From positions 128,001 to 192,000 of the forward strand of contig CAWFJJ010000028.1 in NCBI GenBank assembly GCA_963816185.1: DNA of 64,000 nucleotides. Direction: 5' to 3'. Source of the stretch: Thermoanaerobaculia bacterium (GTDB lineage: Bacteria; Acidobacteriota; Thermoanaerobaculia; UBA5066). Under the pieces are notes generated by a model. The model worked only from the letters and a program-made list of their open reading frames with translations, was not told the DNA's origin and ran no database searches. Shown one piece after another: positions 10,803-20,597 of this stretch; the stretch's first letter is position 1; the number at the start of each line of letters is the position of its first letter. The translations under genes and the position numbers were made by a program.

Positions 10803-11375
10803 ATGTCGACGCCAAGCCCGAGCGACGTGACGGCGCTGCTCCTCGCGTGGGGTCGCGGCGAGAGCACGGCGCGCGAGAAGCTGATCCCTCTCGTTTACGC
10901 GGAGCTTCGGCGCCTGGCGGCCGGGGCGATGGCGGCCGAGCGGCTGGACCATACGCTCGAGCCGACCGCCCTCGTGCACGAGACGTATCTCAAGCTCGTC
11001 CGGCAAACGGGCGTCCCCTGGCAGAACCGCGCGCACTTCTTCGGCGTGGCGGCGCGTCTGATGCGCCAGATCCTGGTGGACCATGCCCGTGTCCACGGGG
11101 CGCAGAAAAGGGGCGGTGGCAGGCCTCGGCTCACGCTCGACTCCGCGCTCGCCGCCGCGGCTGGAGGGAACGAGGTCGAGCTGCTCGCCCTGGACGACGC
11201 GCTCGAGGAGCTTTCGCGGATCGACGAGGCACAGGGCCGCATCGTGGAGCTGCGCTTCTTCGGCGGCCTCTCTGTCCCCGAAACCGCGGAGGTGCTCGGC
11301 ATCTCGCCCGCGACCGTGAAGCGGGACTGGGCCGTCGCGCGAGCGTGGCTCTTCCGGCGGCTGGCTTCGGCGTGA
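10803..11375 (+). CDS. ECF sigma factor (TIGR02999/EcfK-like, kinase-associated)
   Basis: DVTALLLAW, VYAELRRLA, HTLEPTALVHETYLKL, NRAHFF..AARLMRQILVDHAR, TVKRDW..ARAWL. Confidence 0.92.
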   Translation: MSTPSPSDVTALLLAWGRGESTAREKLIPLVYAELRRLAAGAMAAERLDHTLEPTALVHETYLKLVRQTGVPWQNRAHFFGVAARLMRQILVDHARVHGAQKRGGGRPRLTLDSALAAAAGGNEVELLALDDALEELSRIDEAQGRIVELRFFGGLSVPETAEVLGISPATVKRDWAVARAWLFRRLASA

Positions 11376-11382
11376 GGGAGAG

Positions 11383-13968
11383 ATGACGCCGGAAGAGTGG
11401 GGAACCGTCAAGGACCTCTTCGACGAAGCGCTCGGGCGGCCCGAAGGCGAGCGCGCGGGGTTCGTCTGCCGCCGGACCGGAGGGGACGAGGCGGTCGCTC
11501 GGGAGGTGTTGTCGCTCCTCGAAGCGCACGAGGGGGCGGGAGGATTTCTGCGGTCGCCGACGGCGACGCGCGCCGGCGCTGACGCGCCCCGCCCGCCGCT
11601 ACCGAAGCGCGTGGGCCCTTACGGGGTCCTCCGCGAGCTGGGCTCGGGAGGGATGGGAATCGTCTATCTCGCCGAGCAGATCGGGCCGGACTTCCGGAGG
11701 CCGGTGGCGGTCAAGGTGATCCGCCACGGCTCCAGCAGCGCGCTGTTCGTGCGGCGCTTCCAGAACGAGCGCCGGATTCTCGCGGGACTTTCGCACCCGA
11801 ACATCGCGGCGTTGCTCGACGGCGGGACGACGGAAGACGGGCTGCCGTACTTCGCGATGGAGTACGTGGCGGGGACGCCGCTGAACGAGTACTGCGACTC
11901 GCACCGCTTTTCGACTGCGCAAAGGCTGATCCTCTTCCGGACGATCTGCGCGGCCGTCCAATACGCCCACCAGAACCTCGTCGTCCATCGGGACCTCAAG
12001 CCGGGGAACATCCTCGTGACGCAGGAAGGCGTCCCGAAGCTTCTCGACTTCGGCCTCGCCAAGGTTCTCGAGCCCGGACCCGACGCCTCGCCCGAGGAGA
12101 CCGCGACGAATCTCAGGATCTTCACGCCCGCGTATGCGAGCCCCGAGCAGGTGAAGGGTGAGATCGTCACGACGGCGAGCGACGTGTACTCGCTTGGCGC
12201 TCTTCTGTACGTCCTCCTGACCGGGAAGCGGCCCTACCGCGTCACGACGCGGGCCACGGAGGAGCTCGCGCGGGCGGTCCTCGAACAGGACCCGACCCGG
12301 CCGAGCCTCGCCGTGCGGGCCGAGGCAGAGCCCGCGAACCACGATGGAGAGGCGGCGCCGACGCCCGTCCAAACAGCCCTGGCCCGCGGGAGCACGCCCG
12401 AGAAGCTCTCTCGCGTGCTCGCCGGGGACCTCGACACGATCGTCCTCAAGGCGATGCACAAGGACCCAGGGCGGCGGTACGCCTCGGCCGAAAGGCTCTC
12501 TGCGGACATCGGACGCCAACTCGACGGCCGGCCGGTGTCGGCACGGCCCGACTCGCGCGCGTACCGCCTCGGGAAGTTCGTGCGCCGGCACGCCGTCGCG
12601 GTCGTGGCGGCAGGCCTGGTCGTCCTCGCGGTCGCCGGCGGCGCCGCGGCGACGCTCTGGCAGGCGCGTCGGGCGGCCGAGAAGGAAGCCCTCGCGGTCC
12701 GGCGGTTCAACGACGTGCGCAGGCTCGCGAACGCCTACCTCTTCGAGTTCCACGACGCGATCGAGAACCTGGCCGGTTCCACGCCGGCGCGCCAGCTCGT
12801 CGTCCGGAGAGGTCTCGAGTACCTCGACGGGCTCGCGAGGGAGGCGAAAGGCGACCGCTCGCTGCAGAGGGAGCTCGCCGCGGCGTACGCCAAGGTGGGG
12901 GACGTGCAGGGGGGCGGCCATTTCGGGAACCTCGGCGACACGGCGGGGGCGAAGGCCAGCTACGCCAAGGCTCTCGCACTCCGCGAGGACATCGCTCACG
13001 CCCCCGGCGCCGGGCCCGGCGACAGGGCCGACCTCGTCGACGCCCGGCTCAGGGTGAGTTCGCTTCTGAGCCTGACCGGGGACCACGCGGGCGCCGCCGC
13101 CGCGGCGCGGAGCGCCGTCTCGGAAGCGGAGGCCCTCGCCGACCCGGAGCCGCTCGCCCGAGCATGGCACCGGCTCGGCCAGATCCTCGTCGACGCCGGC
13201 AGCTACGGCGACGCGCTCGTCTGCTACACGAAGGAAGTCGCGATCTTCGAGAAACTAAGCGCCGAACAACCGGCCAACGCCCGTGTTCGGCACGGCCTGG
13301 CCATCGGCTACAAATACGTGGGTGGGATCTGCGCGCACGACAAGAGGTATCTCGAGTCCGTCGCGAGCTATAGAAAGGCGCTCGTGATCGAGGAGGCATT
13401 CGTCGCGGCCGAGCCGGCGAACGCGAGGTATCGGCGCGATCTCTCCTTCACGCTCAGCGACGTCGGATACAACCTTCTCTATCTCGGAGACAAGAAGTCC
13501 GCCCTCGAAAGCTACCGACGGGCCGTCGGAATCCGCGAAGCCCTGGCGGCGGCCGATCCCAAGGATGTCACTCTCACCAGGGCGCTCGCGGCGGTATACG
13601 TCCGCCTGGGGCTGGCCGAGGTCGAGGCGGGTGAACCCGGTTGGTTCGCGCACGGGCAGCGAGCGCTGGCTCTCCTCGACGACCTGGTGGAGAAGAACCC
13701 CCGCTCGGTCGAAGACCGCCGCCTGCGTGCGGAAGCACTCGCGAGCGTGGGCGACTTCGTGGGCCTCGGCCAGACTCCCCAATGGCGCGGTACGCTCGAT
13801 CCGCCGCCTCCGCCCGGGGTCTGCCCCTGGCACAGGAAGAGCCTCAAAGCGTGGGAGGAGCTGCAGAAGGAGGGTGCCCTGAGCAAGGCCCAGCAGGAGC
13901 AGGCCGAATACGTCGAGGGCACCGTACGCGCGTGCGACAAGAGCGAGGCGATCGGGAGACGACCGTGA
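11383..13968 (+). CDS. Membrane Ser/Thr protein kinase with C-terminal TPR domain
   Basis: LGSGGMGIVY, VAVK, HRDLKPGN, DFG, YASPEQ; TM segment AVAVVAAGLVVLAVAGG; helical TPR-like repeats after it. Confidence 0.93.
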   Translation: MTPEEWGTVKDLFDEALGRPEGERAGFVCRRTGGDEAVAREVLSLLEAHEGAGGFLRSPTATRAGADAPRPPLPKRVGPYGVLRELGSGGMGIVYLAEQIGPDFRRPVAVKVIRHGSSSALFVRRFQNERRILAGLSHPNIAALLDGGTTEDGLPYFAMEYVAGTPLNEYCDSHRFSTAQRLILFRTICAAVQYAHQNLVVHRDLKPGNILVTQEGVPKLLDFGLAKVLEPGPDASPEETATNLRIFTPAYASPEQVKGEIVTTASDVYSLGALLYVLLTGKRPYRVTTRATEELARAVLEQDPTRPSLAVRAEAEPANHDGEAAPTPVQTALARGSTPEKLSRVLAGDLDTIVLKAMHKDPGRRYASAERLSADIGRQLDGRPVSARPDSRAYRLGKFVRRHAVAVVAAGLVVLAVAGGAAATLWQARRAAEKEALAVRRFNDVRRLANAYLFEFHDAIENLAGSTPARQLVVRRGLEYLDGLAREAKGDRSLQRELAAAYAKVGDVQGGGHFGNLGDTAGAKASYAKALALREDIAHAPGAGPGDRADLVDARLRVSSLLSLTGDHAGAAAAARSAVSEAEALADPEPLARAWHRLGQILVDAGSYGDALVCYTKEVAIFEKLSAEQPANARVRHGLAIGYKYVGGICAHDKRYLESVASYRKALVIEEAFVAAEPANARYRRDLSFTLSDVGYNLLYLGDKKSALESYRRAVGIREALAAADPKDVTLTRALAAVYVRLGLAEVEAGEPGWFAHGQRALALLDDLVEKNPRSVEDRRLRAEALASVGDFVGLGQTPQWRGTLDPPPPPGVCPWHRKSLKAWEELQKEGALSKAQQEQAEYVEGTVRACDKSEAIGRRP

Positions 13969-16124
13969 CCGAGGCCGGCCCGCCCCGCCTGGAACGCTTC
14001 GATCTCGTCGTGATCGGCTCGGGGCCGGCCGGTGAGAAGGGCGCCGCGCAGGCTGCGTACTTCGGAAAATCCGTCGCGCTCGTCGAACGGCTCGCCGAGC
14101 CCGGCGGCGTGTCCGTCCACACCGGGACGCTGCCCTCCAAGACCCTGCGCGAGTCGGCCCTCTACCTGACCGGGTTCCGGCGGCGCGAGCTCTACGGAAT
14201 GACGCTCCGCCTGGACCGGCAGAAGAGTCTGCGACAGCTCACCGGGCGGCTCCGCGACGTGACGGCGGCGCAGACGCGCCAGATCAGGCGCAACTTCGAG
14301 CGCCACCGGATCACGACGATCACGGGCCGTGGCCGCTTCCTCGACCCGGGCACGATCGGGGTCTTCGACGCGGACGGCAACGAGAAGCGGCGGCTCGGGT
14401 TCGACGCGGCCCTCGTGGCGGTGGGCTCTTCTCCTCTTCCGCCGCGTGGACTCACGTTCGACGACCCGGACGTCGAGGACTCGGACCGGATCCTCGACCT
14501 CGACCGCATCCCGAAATCCCTCGCCGTGGTCGGCGGCGGCGTCATCGGCTGCGAGTACGCCTCTCTCTTCGCGGCGCTCGGAACGACCGTGACCCTGATC
14601 GAAGGACGCGACCGGCTCCTCGGCTTTCTCGACGGCGAGTTGTCGTCGACTCTGAAGATCGCCCTCGAGCGGATGGGGGGAGAGGTCCTTCTCGGCGACG
14701 CCGTCGAGACGATCAGCCGGGAGGGGAATCTCACCGCGAACGCCCTGAGGCTCACGTTGAAATCCGGACGCGTGCTCGCGGCGGACAAGGTCCTGTTCTC
14801 GGCCGGGCGCCACGGAAACACGGAAGGGCTCGGGCTGGAGCAGGCCGGCGTGGTCTTCGACGAGAAGGGCCGGATCCCCGTCAACGACCACTTCCAGACG
14901 AACGTGCCCCGGATCTACGCCGCGGGCGACGTCGTCGGCTTCCCGGCGCTCGCCGCGACGTCGATGGAGCAGGGGCGCGTCGCCGCGTGCCACGCTTTCG
15001 ACATCCCCTTCAAGACCTCGGTGGCCCGGCTTTTTCCGTACGGCGTCTACACGATCCCCGAGGTGTCCATGATCGGCGCCACGGAGGAAGAGCTCAGAGA
15101 GCGGGGTGTTCCCTACGAAGTGGGAAGGGCGCGGTACGAGAACAACACGAGGGGGCAGATCACCGGCGACCTGGACGGTTTCGTGAAGCTGGTCTTCGAT
15201 CCCGCCACCAGGAAGCTGCTCGGAGCGCATCTCATCGGCGGGGGCGCGACGGAGCTCGTGCACATCGCACAGATGGTGATGCTGAAGGAAGGCGGCCTCG
15301 ACGACTTCATCCAGTCCGTCTTCAATTTCCCGACGCTCGCCGAGTGCTTCAAGTACGCGGCGTACGACGGCCTGCAGCGCCTTTCCCACCGCAGCGATGC
15401 CCCGCAAGAAAGGACGGCGAAAATCGCGGCGCCGAAGGCGGACGTCCATCCCCCCGCGCGTACGTGGTTCGTCGGAATCGACCTCACCGACCCCTTCGCC
15501 CATACGAGCCGCCCCGTGACGCTCGCCCTCATGGATCGGTGGCGGCGAGTTCGCTTCGTGACGTGGACGTACGAGCCGGCCGGCGAGAGGATGATCCCCG
15601 AACACGTCGCTACGGAGGGTTTCGTCGTCGCGATCGACGGGCCGCAGGGGCTCGCGGCCAGGGGTCGGACGATGCGGCTGGCCGAGCGCGTTTTGCGCGC
15701 CCCGGGCAAATCGGGCGAGACGTTCGCGGGGGCTGGAAAGCCCTACGCGGGCTTCATTCGCGGCAGCGTCGAACTCTTCGGCGCGCTCCGAAAATCGGGC
15801 CTCGGCCTCCTCGGGGAGGCGCCTTGGGAATCGACCGAGCTCCTCGAGGTCTATCCGGGCGACGCCTGGCCGAAATGGGCGGGGCGAAGGCCTCCGAAGA
15901 AGAGCCTTCCGGCGGGCCGGCGCGCGCGCTACGACATCCTGCGCGAGCACGGCCTCGAGCTGCCCGTCGGGTGCGACGCGATCACCCACGATCAGCTCGA
16001 CGCGGCGGCCGCCGCGTTCCTCGCCTACCTCTGGGCCACCGGCAACGCCCGGGAGTTCGGAGACCCGCCCGTCTGGGATGAGGGGGCGGGCTGCATCCGC
16101 GAAGGGATCATCGTCAGCGTCTAG
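13965..16124 (+). CDS. sthA: Soluble pyridine nucleotide transhydrogenase SthA-like protein fused to a C-terminal DUF429-like (RNase H-like fold) domain
   Basis: GTG start overlapping kinase stop; IGSGPAGEKGA, SVHTGTLPSKTLRE (no redox CxxxxC), FNFPTLAECFK; tail with GIDL, AIDGPQG, LEVYP, DQLDA. Confidence 0.85.
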   Translation: MTEAGPPRLERFDLVVIGSGPAGEKGAAQAAYFGKSVALVERLAEPGGVSVHTGTLPSKTLRESALYLTGFRRRELYGMTLRLDRQKSLRQLTGRLRDVTAAQTRQIRRNFERHRITTITGRGRFLDPGTIGVFDADGNEKRRLGFDAALVAVGSSPLPPRGLTFDDPDVEDSDRILDLDRIPKSLAVVGGGVIGCEYASLFAALGTTVTLIEGRDRLLGFLDGELSSTLKIALERMGGEVLLGDAVETISREGNLTANALRLTLKSGRVLAADKVLFSAGRHGNTEGLGLEQAGVVFDEKGRIPVNDHFQTNVPRIYAAGDVVGFPALAATSMEQGRVAACHAFDIPFKTSVARLFPYGVYTIPEVSMIGATEEELRERGVPYEVGRARYENNTRGQITGDLDGFVKLVFDPATRKLLGAHLIGGGATELVHIAQMVMLKEGGLDDFIQSVFNFPTLAECFKYAAYDGLQRLSHRSDAPQERTAKIAAPKADVHPPARTWFVGIDLTDPFAHTSRPVTLALMDRWRRVRFVTWTYEPAGERMIPEHVATEGFVVAIDGPQGLAARGRTMRLAERVLRAPGKSGETFAGAGKPYAGFIRGSVELFGALRKSGLGLLGEAPWESTELLEVYPGDAWPKWAGRRPPKKSLPAGRRARYDILREHGLELPVGCDAITHDQLDAAAAAFLAYLWATGNAREFGDPPVWDEGAGCIREGIIVSV

Positions 16125-18837
16125 CGCCCCACGTGTCGACCTCGACCGGAGCCTGGAGGCCGACGTCCTTGAGCTGCGGCAGGATCGCCGCCTTGTCCCC
16201 GACGAGGACGAGGACGCCGCGGTCGAGCGCGAGCGCGTCCCGTGCGGTCGCATTCAACGCGGGCGCATCGAGCGCGGCCTGCGCCGCGAGGTCCTCGCCT
16301 AGGGTTTCGAAGGGCGCGCCGAGCTCGACGTAGCCGGTCGCGGTCGCGAGGATTCCCGAGAGGCCCGAGAAGGACTGCACGGCGGAGTTCTTCACGATGT
16401 CCCGTGCCTTACCGACCTCTTCCGGCGTGACGTCGCCGCCCGAGAGCCGCGCGAACTCCGCGAGGAACTCCTTGAGGGCGGCGCCTGTGACCTTCGAGGT
16501 GACGTCCGCGCCGGCGCTGAACGTGCCCAGCGCGCGCCCGAGTCCGAACCGGGCGCTCGCCCCGTACGTGTAGCCGTTCTTCTCCCTGAGGTTCTGGTTC
16601 AGACGGCTCGTGAAGCTGCCGCCCAGGATCGTTCCGAGGAGGCGAAGCTTCGGTCGGACGGGATCGGCGAATTTTGGCGCGGGCGCGGCAAAGCGCACGA
16701 TCGTCTGCGGCGCTCCGGGGCGGTCGACGAGGAAGACCCGGGGCCCGCGGATCGTGAGAGGAGAGGTCGAGGGAAGCGGGACGACGGGCGGACGCGGACC
16801 CTCGGCCTTCCAGTCGCCGAGAGCCTTCTCGAGCGCCGCCTTCGTCTCGGAGAGGGAAAGGCTGCTCGCGACCACGAGGGTCGCGAGATCCGGGCGGACG
16901 AGAGCAGCGCGCTCGGACTTGACTCGGTCGAGCGTGATCGCCGTGAGGGATTCAGGTGTTCCGTCGACCGGCCAGGCATAGGGATGGCCGTCGCCGTGGA
17001 GCTCGCGGCTCACGACGCGCGCGGCGACCTCGTCGGGCCTCTCGTCGGACTGAACGAGATCGTCGAGCGCGAGCCTTTTCACGCGTGCGAAGTCCTTCTC
17101 CTCGAGCCGGGGCCTGCGCACGGCGTCCGCGAGGAGCGAGGCCCCCTTCGCGAAATTGCGCGAGAGGATCGTCATCCTCGCCTCCAGCGCTTCGTGGTCG
17201 GCCGATGCCGAGAACTGTCCGCCGAGCGCGGCGACCTCCTCGCCGAACCGGAGCGCGTCCAGGTCGCCGGCGCCCTCGTCGAGCATCTGGGCGGTCATCG
17301 AGGCGAGGCCCGCGTCATGTCCGTCGGCGGCCGTCAACGGGCCGCCCGTCTGGAAGACGAGCGCGGCCGCGGTGAGCGGCAGGTCGAGCGTCCTCCAGAA
17401 CTCGACGGGGATGCCGTTCGCGAGCGTGAAGCGTTCGGGCGCCGGCGGGTGGAACGCGGCCGGCACGCCGTCCGCCGGACGCGCGTCGCGCGGACCCGGT
17501 GCGCGCTTCGGCTGCTCGGGGAGCACCCGGAAGAGGACGCGCGCGTTCTGCGTGATCACGCGCCGCGCGGTCTCGAGGACGGCCGCTCTCGTCGCGTTGC
17601 GGTACCGGTCGAGGTCCCGCTGGAAGCTGTTCGGCTCGCCCCAGAAGAACTCGTACTGGTTCATGTAGTCCGCGCGCGTCCCGAGGCGCTGCAGCGCGGC
17701 GAGCTTCCCGGCCTCGATCGAGGCCTTCCGCTCGTCGAGCTCCTTCTCGGTCGGCCCTTCCTTGAGAAAGCGCGCGAGCTCCTCGTCGACGACTTTCTCC
17801 ACGCGGTCGAGATCCGCGTCGGGGCGGGTCTGCACGTCGATGCGGAAGACCGAGCCGAGGAGCTGGCTCTCGTTGTTCGCGGTGACGGACGTGGCGAGCG
17901 CGTCGTCGATGACGAGGCGCTTGTAGAGACGGCTGCTCTTGCCGTCGGCGAGGACGGCGGCGACGAGGTCCGTCTCGGCGTCTCCGGGGCCGAAGGCCTT
18001 CGGCGAGTGATACGCGAACGTGAGCTGCGGGAGCTGGACCTTGTCGAAGGCGACTCCCCGCTTCACGCCGTTAAGCGTGGCGGGCGGCACGTCCCGCCGC
18101 GGAGGCTCGGCCCCGCGCGGGAGGGTGCCGAAGAGCTTCTCGACGAGGGGGCGGATCACCTTCGGATCGAAATCTCCCGCGACGACGAGGCTCGCGTTGG
18201 ACGGCGTGTAGTACGTCGCGAAGAAGTCCTTCACGTCGTTCACCTGAGCCGCTTTCAGGTCCTCTTCGGTGCCGATCGGCGGGAAGTGGTACGGGTGCGC
18301 GGGCGGATAGAGCAGATACTGGATCGCGAGCTCCGCGCGGCCGTAAGGCTGGTTCTCGTAGCTCTGCCTCAGCTCGTTCAGGACGACGTCGCGCTGCAGG
18401 TCGAGCTTCTTCTGGTCCATCGCGCGCGCAAGGTCTTCGAGCCGGTCCGCGTCGAGCCAGAGGAGCGTCGGGAGCAGCGAGGCGGGGCCGGATGAGAAGT
18501 AGTTCGTGCGGTCGGTGTCCGTCGAGGCGTTGTTCGATCCGCCCGCCGCTTCCATGATCCGGTCGAACTCGCCGGTCGGCACGCGTTCCGTGCCCATGAA
18601 CATCAGGTGCTCGAAGAGGTGCGCGAAACCGCTGCGGCGCGGCTGCTCGTCCTTGCTGCCCACGCGGTACCAGATGTTCACGGCGGCGACCGGCAGGCTG
18701 TGGTCCGGGTAGAGGATCACGGTCATCCCGTTCTTCAGCGTGAGCTTCTCGACGGCGAAGCTCTGTGCGGGAACCCGGGCGGTCGCGAGAAGAACGGCGG
18801 CGAGAGCGCAGGCGAAGAAGGCGGAACGTCGGGTCAT
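16114..18837 (-). CDS. M16 family zinc protease (pitrilysin-like), secreted, two-module
   Basis: GFAHLFEHLMF (HxxEH), NASTDTDRTNY, RLNQNLREKNGYTYGA; signal peptide. Confidence 0.93.
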   Translation of the reverse strand: MTRRSAFFACALAAVLLATARVPAQSFAVEKLTLKNGMTVILYPDHSLPVAAVNIWYRVGSKDEQPRRSGFAHLFEHLMFMGTERVPTGEFDRIMEAAGGSNNASTDTDRTNYFSSGPASLLPTLLWLDADRLEDLARAMDQKKLDLQRDVVLNELRQSYENQPYGRAELAIQYLLYPPAHPYHFPPIGTEEDLKAAQVNDVKDFFATYYTPSNASLVVAGDFDPKVIRPLVEKLFGTLPRGAEPPRRDVPPATLNGVKRGVAFDKVQLPQLTFAYHSPKAFGPGDAETDLVAAVLADGKSSRLYKRLVIDDALATSVTANNESQLLGSVFRIDVQTRPDADLDRVEKVVDEELARFLKEGPTEKELDERKASIEAGKLAALQRLGTRADYMNQYEFFWGEPNSFQRDLDRYRNATRAAVLETARRVITQNARVLFRVLPEQPKRAPGPRDARPADGVPAAFHPPAPERFTLANGIPVEFWRTLDLPLTAAALVFQTGGPLTAADGHDAGLASMTAQMLDEGAGDLDALRFGEEVAALGGQFSASADHEALEARMTILSRNFAKGASLLADAVRRPRLEEKDFARVKRLALDDLVQSDERPDEVAARVVSRELHGDGHPYAWPVDGTPESLTAITLDRVKSERAALVRPDLATLVVASSLSLSETKAALEKALGDWKAEGPRPPVVPLPSTSPLTIRGPRVFLVDRPGAPQTIVRFAAPAPKFADPVRPKLRLLGTILGGSFTSRLNQNLREKNGYTYGASARFGLGRALGTFSAGADVTSKVTGAALKEFLAEFARLSGGDVTPEEVGKARDIVKNSAVQSFSGLSGILATATGYVELGAPFETLGEDLAAQAALDAPALNATARDALALDRGVLVLVGDKAAILPQLKDVGLQAPVEVDTWGARR

Positions 18838-18953
18838 GAAATTCCTCCGGCCGTCGTGGGACACGTCGACGCGCTGGAGAGTACGGCGGGAATCGAAAAA
18901 GGTTGCTAGGATTTGCCGTTGGTCGAGGTCCAGGCACGAAAGGAGCGTCTCCC

Positions 18954-19550
18954 ATGATTCTTCCCCCTCTTCCGTGGGCCGACAACGCGCTCGAGCCCTT
19001 CATCTCGAAGAACACGATCGGCTTCCATTACGGCAAGCACCACAAGACGTACGTCGACAACCTCAACGGCCTGGTGGCCGGAAAGCCGGAGGCCGACATG
19101 GATCTCGTCTCGATCGTCAAGACGTCGGCCGGCAAGGCCGACAAGGCGGCGATGTTCAACAACGCGGCCCAGGTCTGGAACCACACGTTCTACTGGAACA
19201 GCCTTCGCCCGAAGGGCGACGCGAAGATACCGAAGGAGATCGCCGCGAAAATCGACACGTCCTTCAAGGGCGGATACGAGGGCTTCAAGAAGGAGTTCTC
19301 AGACGCCGCGATGGGGCAGTTCGGGAGCGGCTGGGCCTGGCTCGTCGCCGAAGCCGGCAAGCTCAAGGTCGTCAAGACGCCGAACGCCGAGAATCCGCTC
19401 ACCACGGCGGCCACGCCGCTCCTGACGCTCGACGTCTGGGAGCACGCGTACTACCTCGATTACCAGAACCGCCGGAAGGACTACGTCGCCGCCGTGGTCG
19501 ACAACCTCCTGAACTGGGACTTCGCGGAGAAGAACCTGGCGAAGGGGTGA
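18954..19550 (+). CDS. sodB: Fe/Mn superoxide dismutase (probably Fe type)
   Basis: HYGKHHKTYV, FNNAAQVWNH, QFGSGWAW, DVWEHAYY; AGGAG RBS. Confidence 0.93.
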   Translation: MILPPLPWADNALEPFISKNTIGFHYGKHHKTYVDNLNGLVAGKPEADMDLVSIVKTSAGKADKAAMFNNAAQVWNHTFYWNSLRPKGDAKIPKEIAAKIDTSFKGGYEGFKKEFSDAAMGQFGSGWAWLVAEAGKLKVVKTPNAENPLTTAATPLLTLDVWEHAYYLDYQNRRKDYVAAVVDNLLNWDFAEKNLAKG

Positions 19551-19569
19551 ACGCGTCGTCCCGCGGCAG

Positions 19570-20016
19570 CTACGGGACGAGATCCGACACCCACACCGCG
19601 CACAGCAAGGCCTTCAGCCGGTTGAAGTCCTTGTCGCCGAGCGTCGTCCGCCATTCGGTCTCGATCTCGGCCAGGATCTCGTGGATCTTGGCCCAGGCGG
19701 CTCGTCCGCGTCTCGTGAAGTGGACAACGCGCGCCCGCCGGCCCTCCTTGGCATCGCGGCGGACGATGTAACCGAGCCGCTCGAGGCTCTGAAGGAGCTG
19801 ATTCATGGCTTGCTTGCTCATCCCGGCGCGCTCGGCCAGCTCGCTCGGGCGACAGCCGTGCGGGCCGGGATACTGCAACACCCCCATGTGTGGGAGGCGA
19901 AGATCGCGGAAGCCGGCGCTGTTCAATCCGGAGACGATGCGCCGATGGACGGCCTGAGCCGGCAGCCGCAGCAAGGCGCCGATCAGGGGATTTTCGGGAA
20001 GCTCGAGGCTTGACAT
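19570..20016 (-). CDS. MarR family transcriptional regulator (start 20016 or 20031)
   Basis: SELAERAGMSKQAMNQLLQSLERLGYI...RARVVHFTRRG winged helix. Confidence 0.88.
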   Translation of the reverse strand: MSSLELPENPLIGALLRLPAQAVHRRIVSGLNSAGFRDLRLPHMGVLQYPGPHGCRPSELAERAGMSKQAMNQLLQSLERLGYIVRRDAKEGRRARVVHFTRRGRAAWAKIHEILAEIETEWRTTLGDKDFNRLKALLCAVWVSDLVP

Positions 20017-20060
20017 TCGAGTAAACTCCATGTACTTTAGTGTTGGTAAATGAAGTTTAC
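20010..20060 (+). promoter_or_regulatory. Cupin gene promoter with putative MarR operator
   Basis: TTGACA(20010)-N17-TACTTT; inverted repeat GTAAA-N5-TTTAC at 20046-20060 and a degenerate copy at 20021-20035. Confidence 0.6.
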
Positions 20061-20075
20061 TAAAAGGAGGACGTC

Positions 20076-20549
20076 ATGGCAACGCAGATCTGGGTGAACC
20101 CGTCGGAAGAGACCATCCAGATCGGTCCGCTTGGCATTCGCTTCCTTCTGAGCGGCGACGACACCAATGGCGGCGCCTCCGTCTTCGAAATGACGGTCCC
20201 GGCCGGACGGAAGCTGGCGGCTCCGGCCCACAAGAACGACGCTTACGAGGAGACGCTCTACGGGATCACGGGTGTGCTGACCTGGACCATCGACGGCAGG
20301 GCCATCGCGGTCGGGCCCGGCGAGGCCGTGTGCATCCCGCGCGGCGCCGTCCACCGCTTCGACAACTTCGGGTCGGAGGATGCGAAGCAGCTGTCGATCA
20401 TCACTCCGGCGATCATGGGTCCCGCCTACTTCCGGGAAGCCAGCGAGGTCGTGAACGCCGCCGCCGGAGGGCCGCCGGACGTGGCCAGGATGGTCGAGGT
20501 CTTCCGGCGACACGGGATGACGATTGCCGCGCCGCCGCCGGCCCGTTAA
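20076..20549 (+). CDS. Cupin domain protein
   Basis: PAHKNDAYEE, GPGEAVCIPRGAVHRF cupin motifs; AGGAGG RBS. Confidence 0.85.
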   Translation: MATQIWVNPSEETIQIGPLGIRFLLSGDDTNGGASVFEMTVPAGRKLAAPAHKNDAYEETLYGITGVLTWTIDGRAIAVGPGEAVCIPRGAVHRFDNFGSEDAKQLSIITPAIMGPAYFREASEVVNAAAGGPPDVARMVEVFRRHGMTIAAPPPAR

Positions 20550-20597
20550 CCGTCGAACGTTTTTCACGGAACACGGGCTTGCTTCCCCCGAGGCGGG

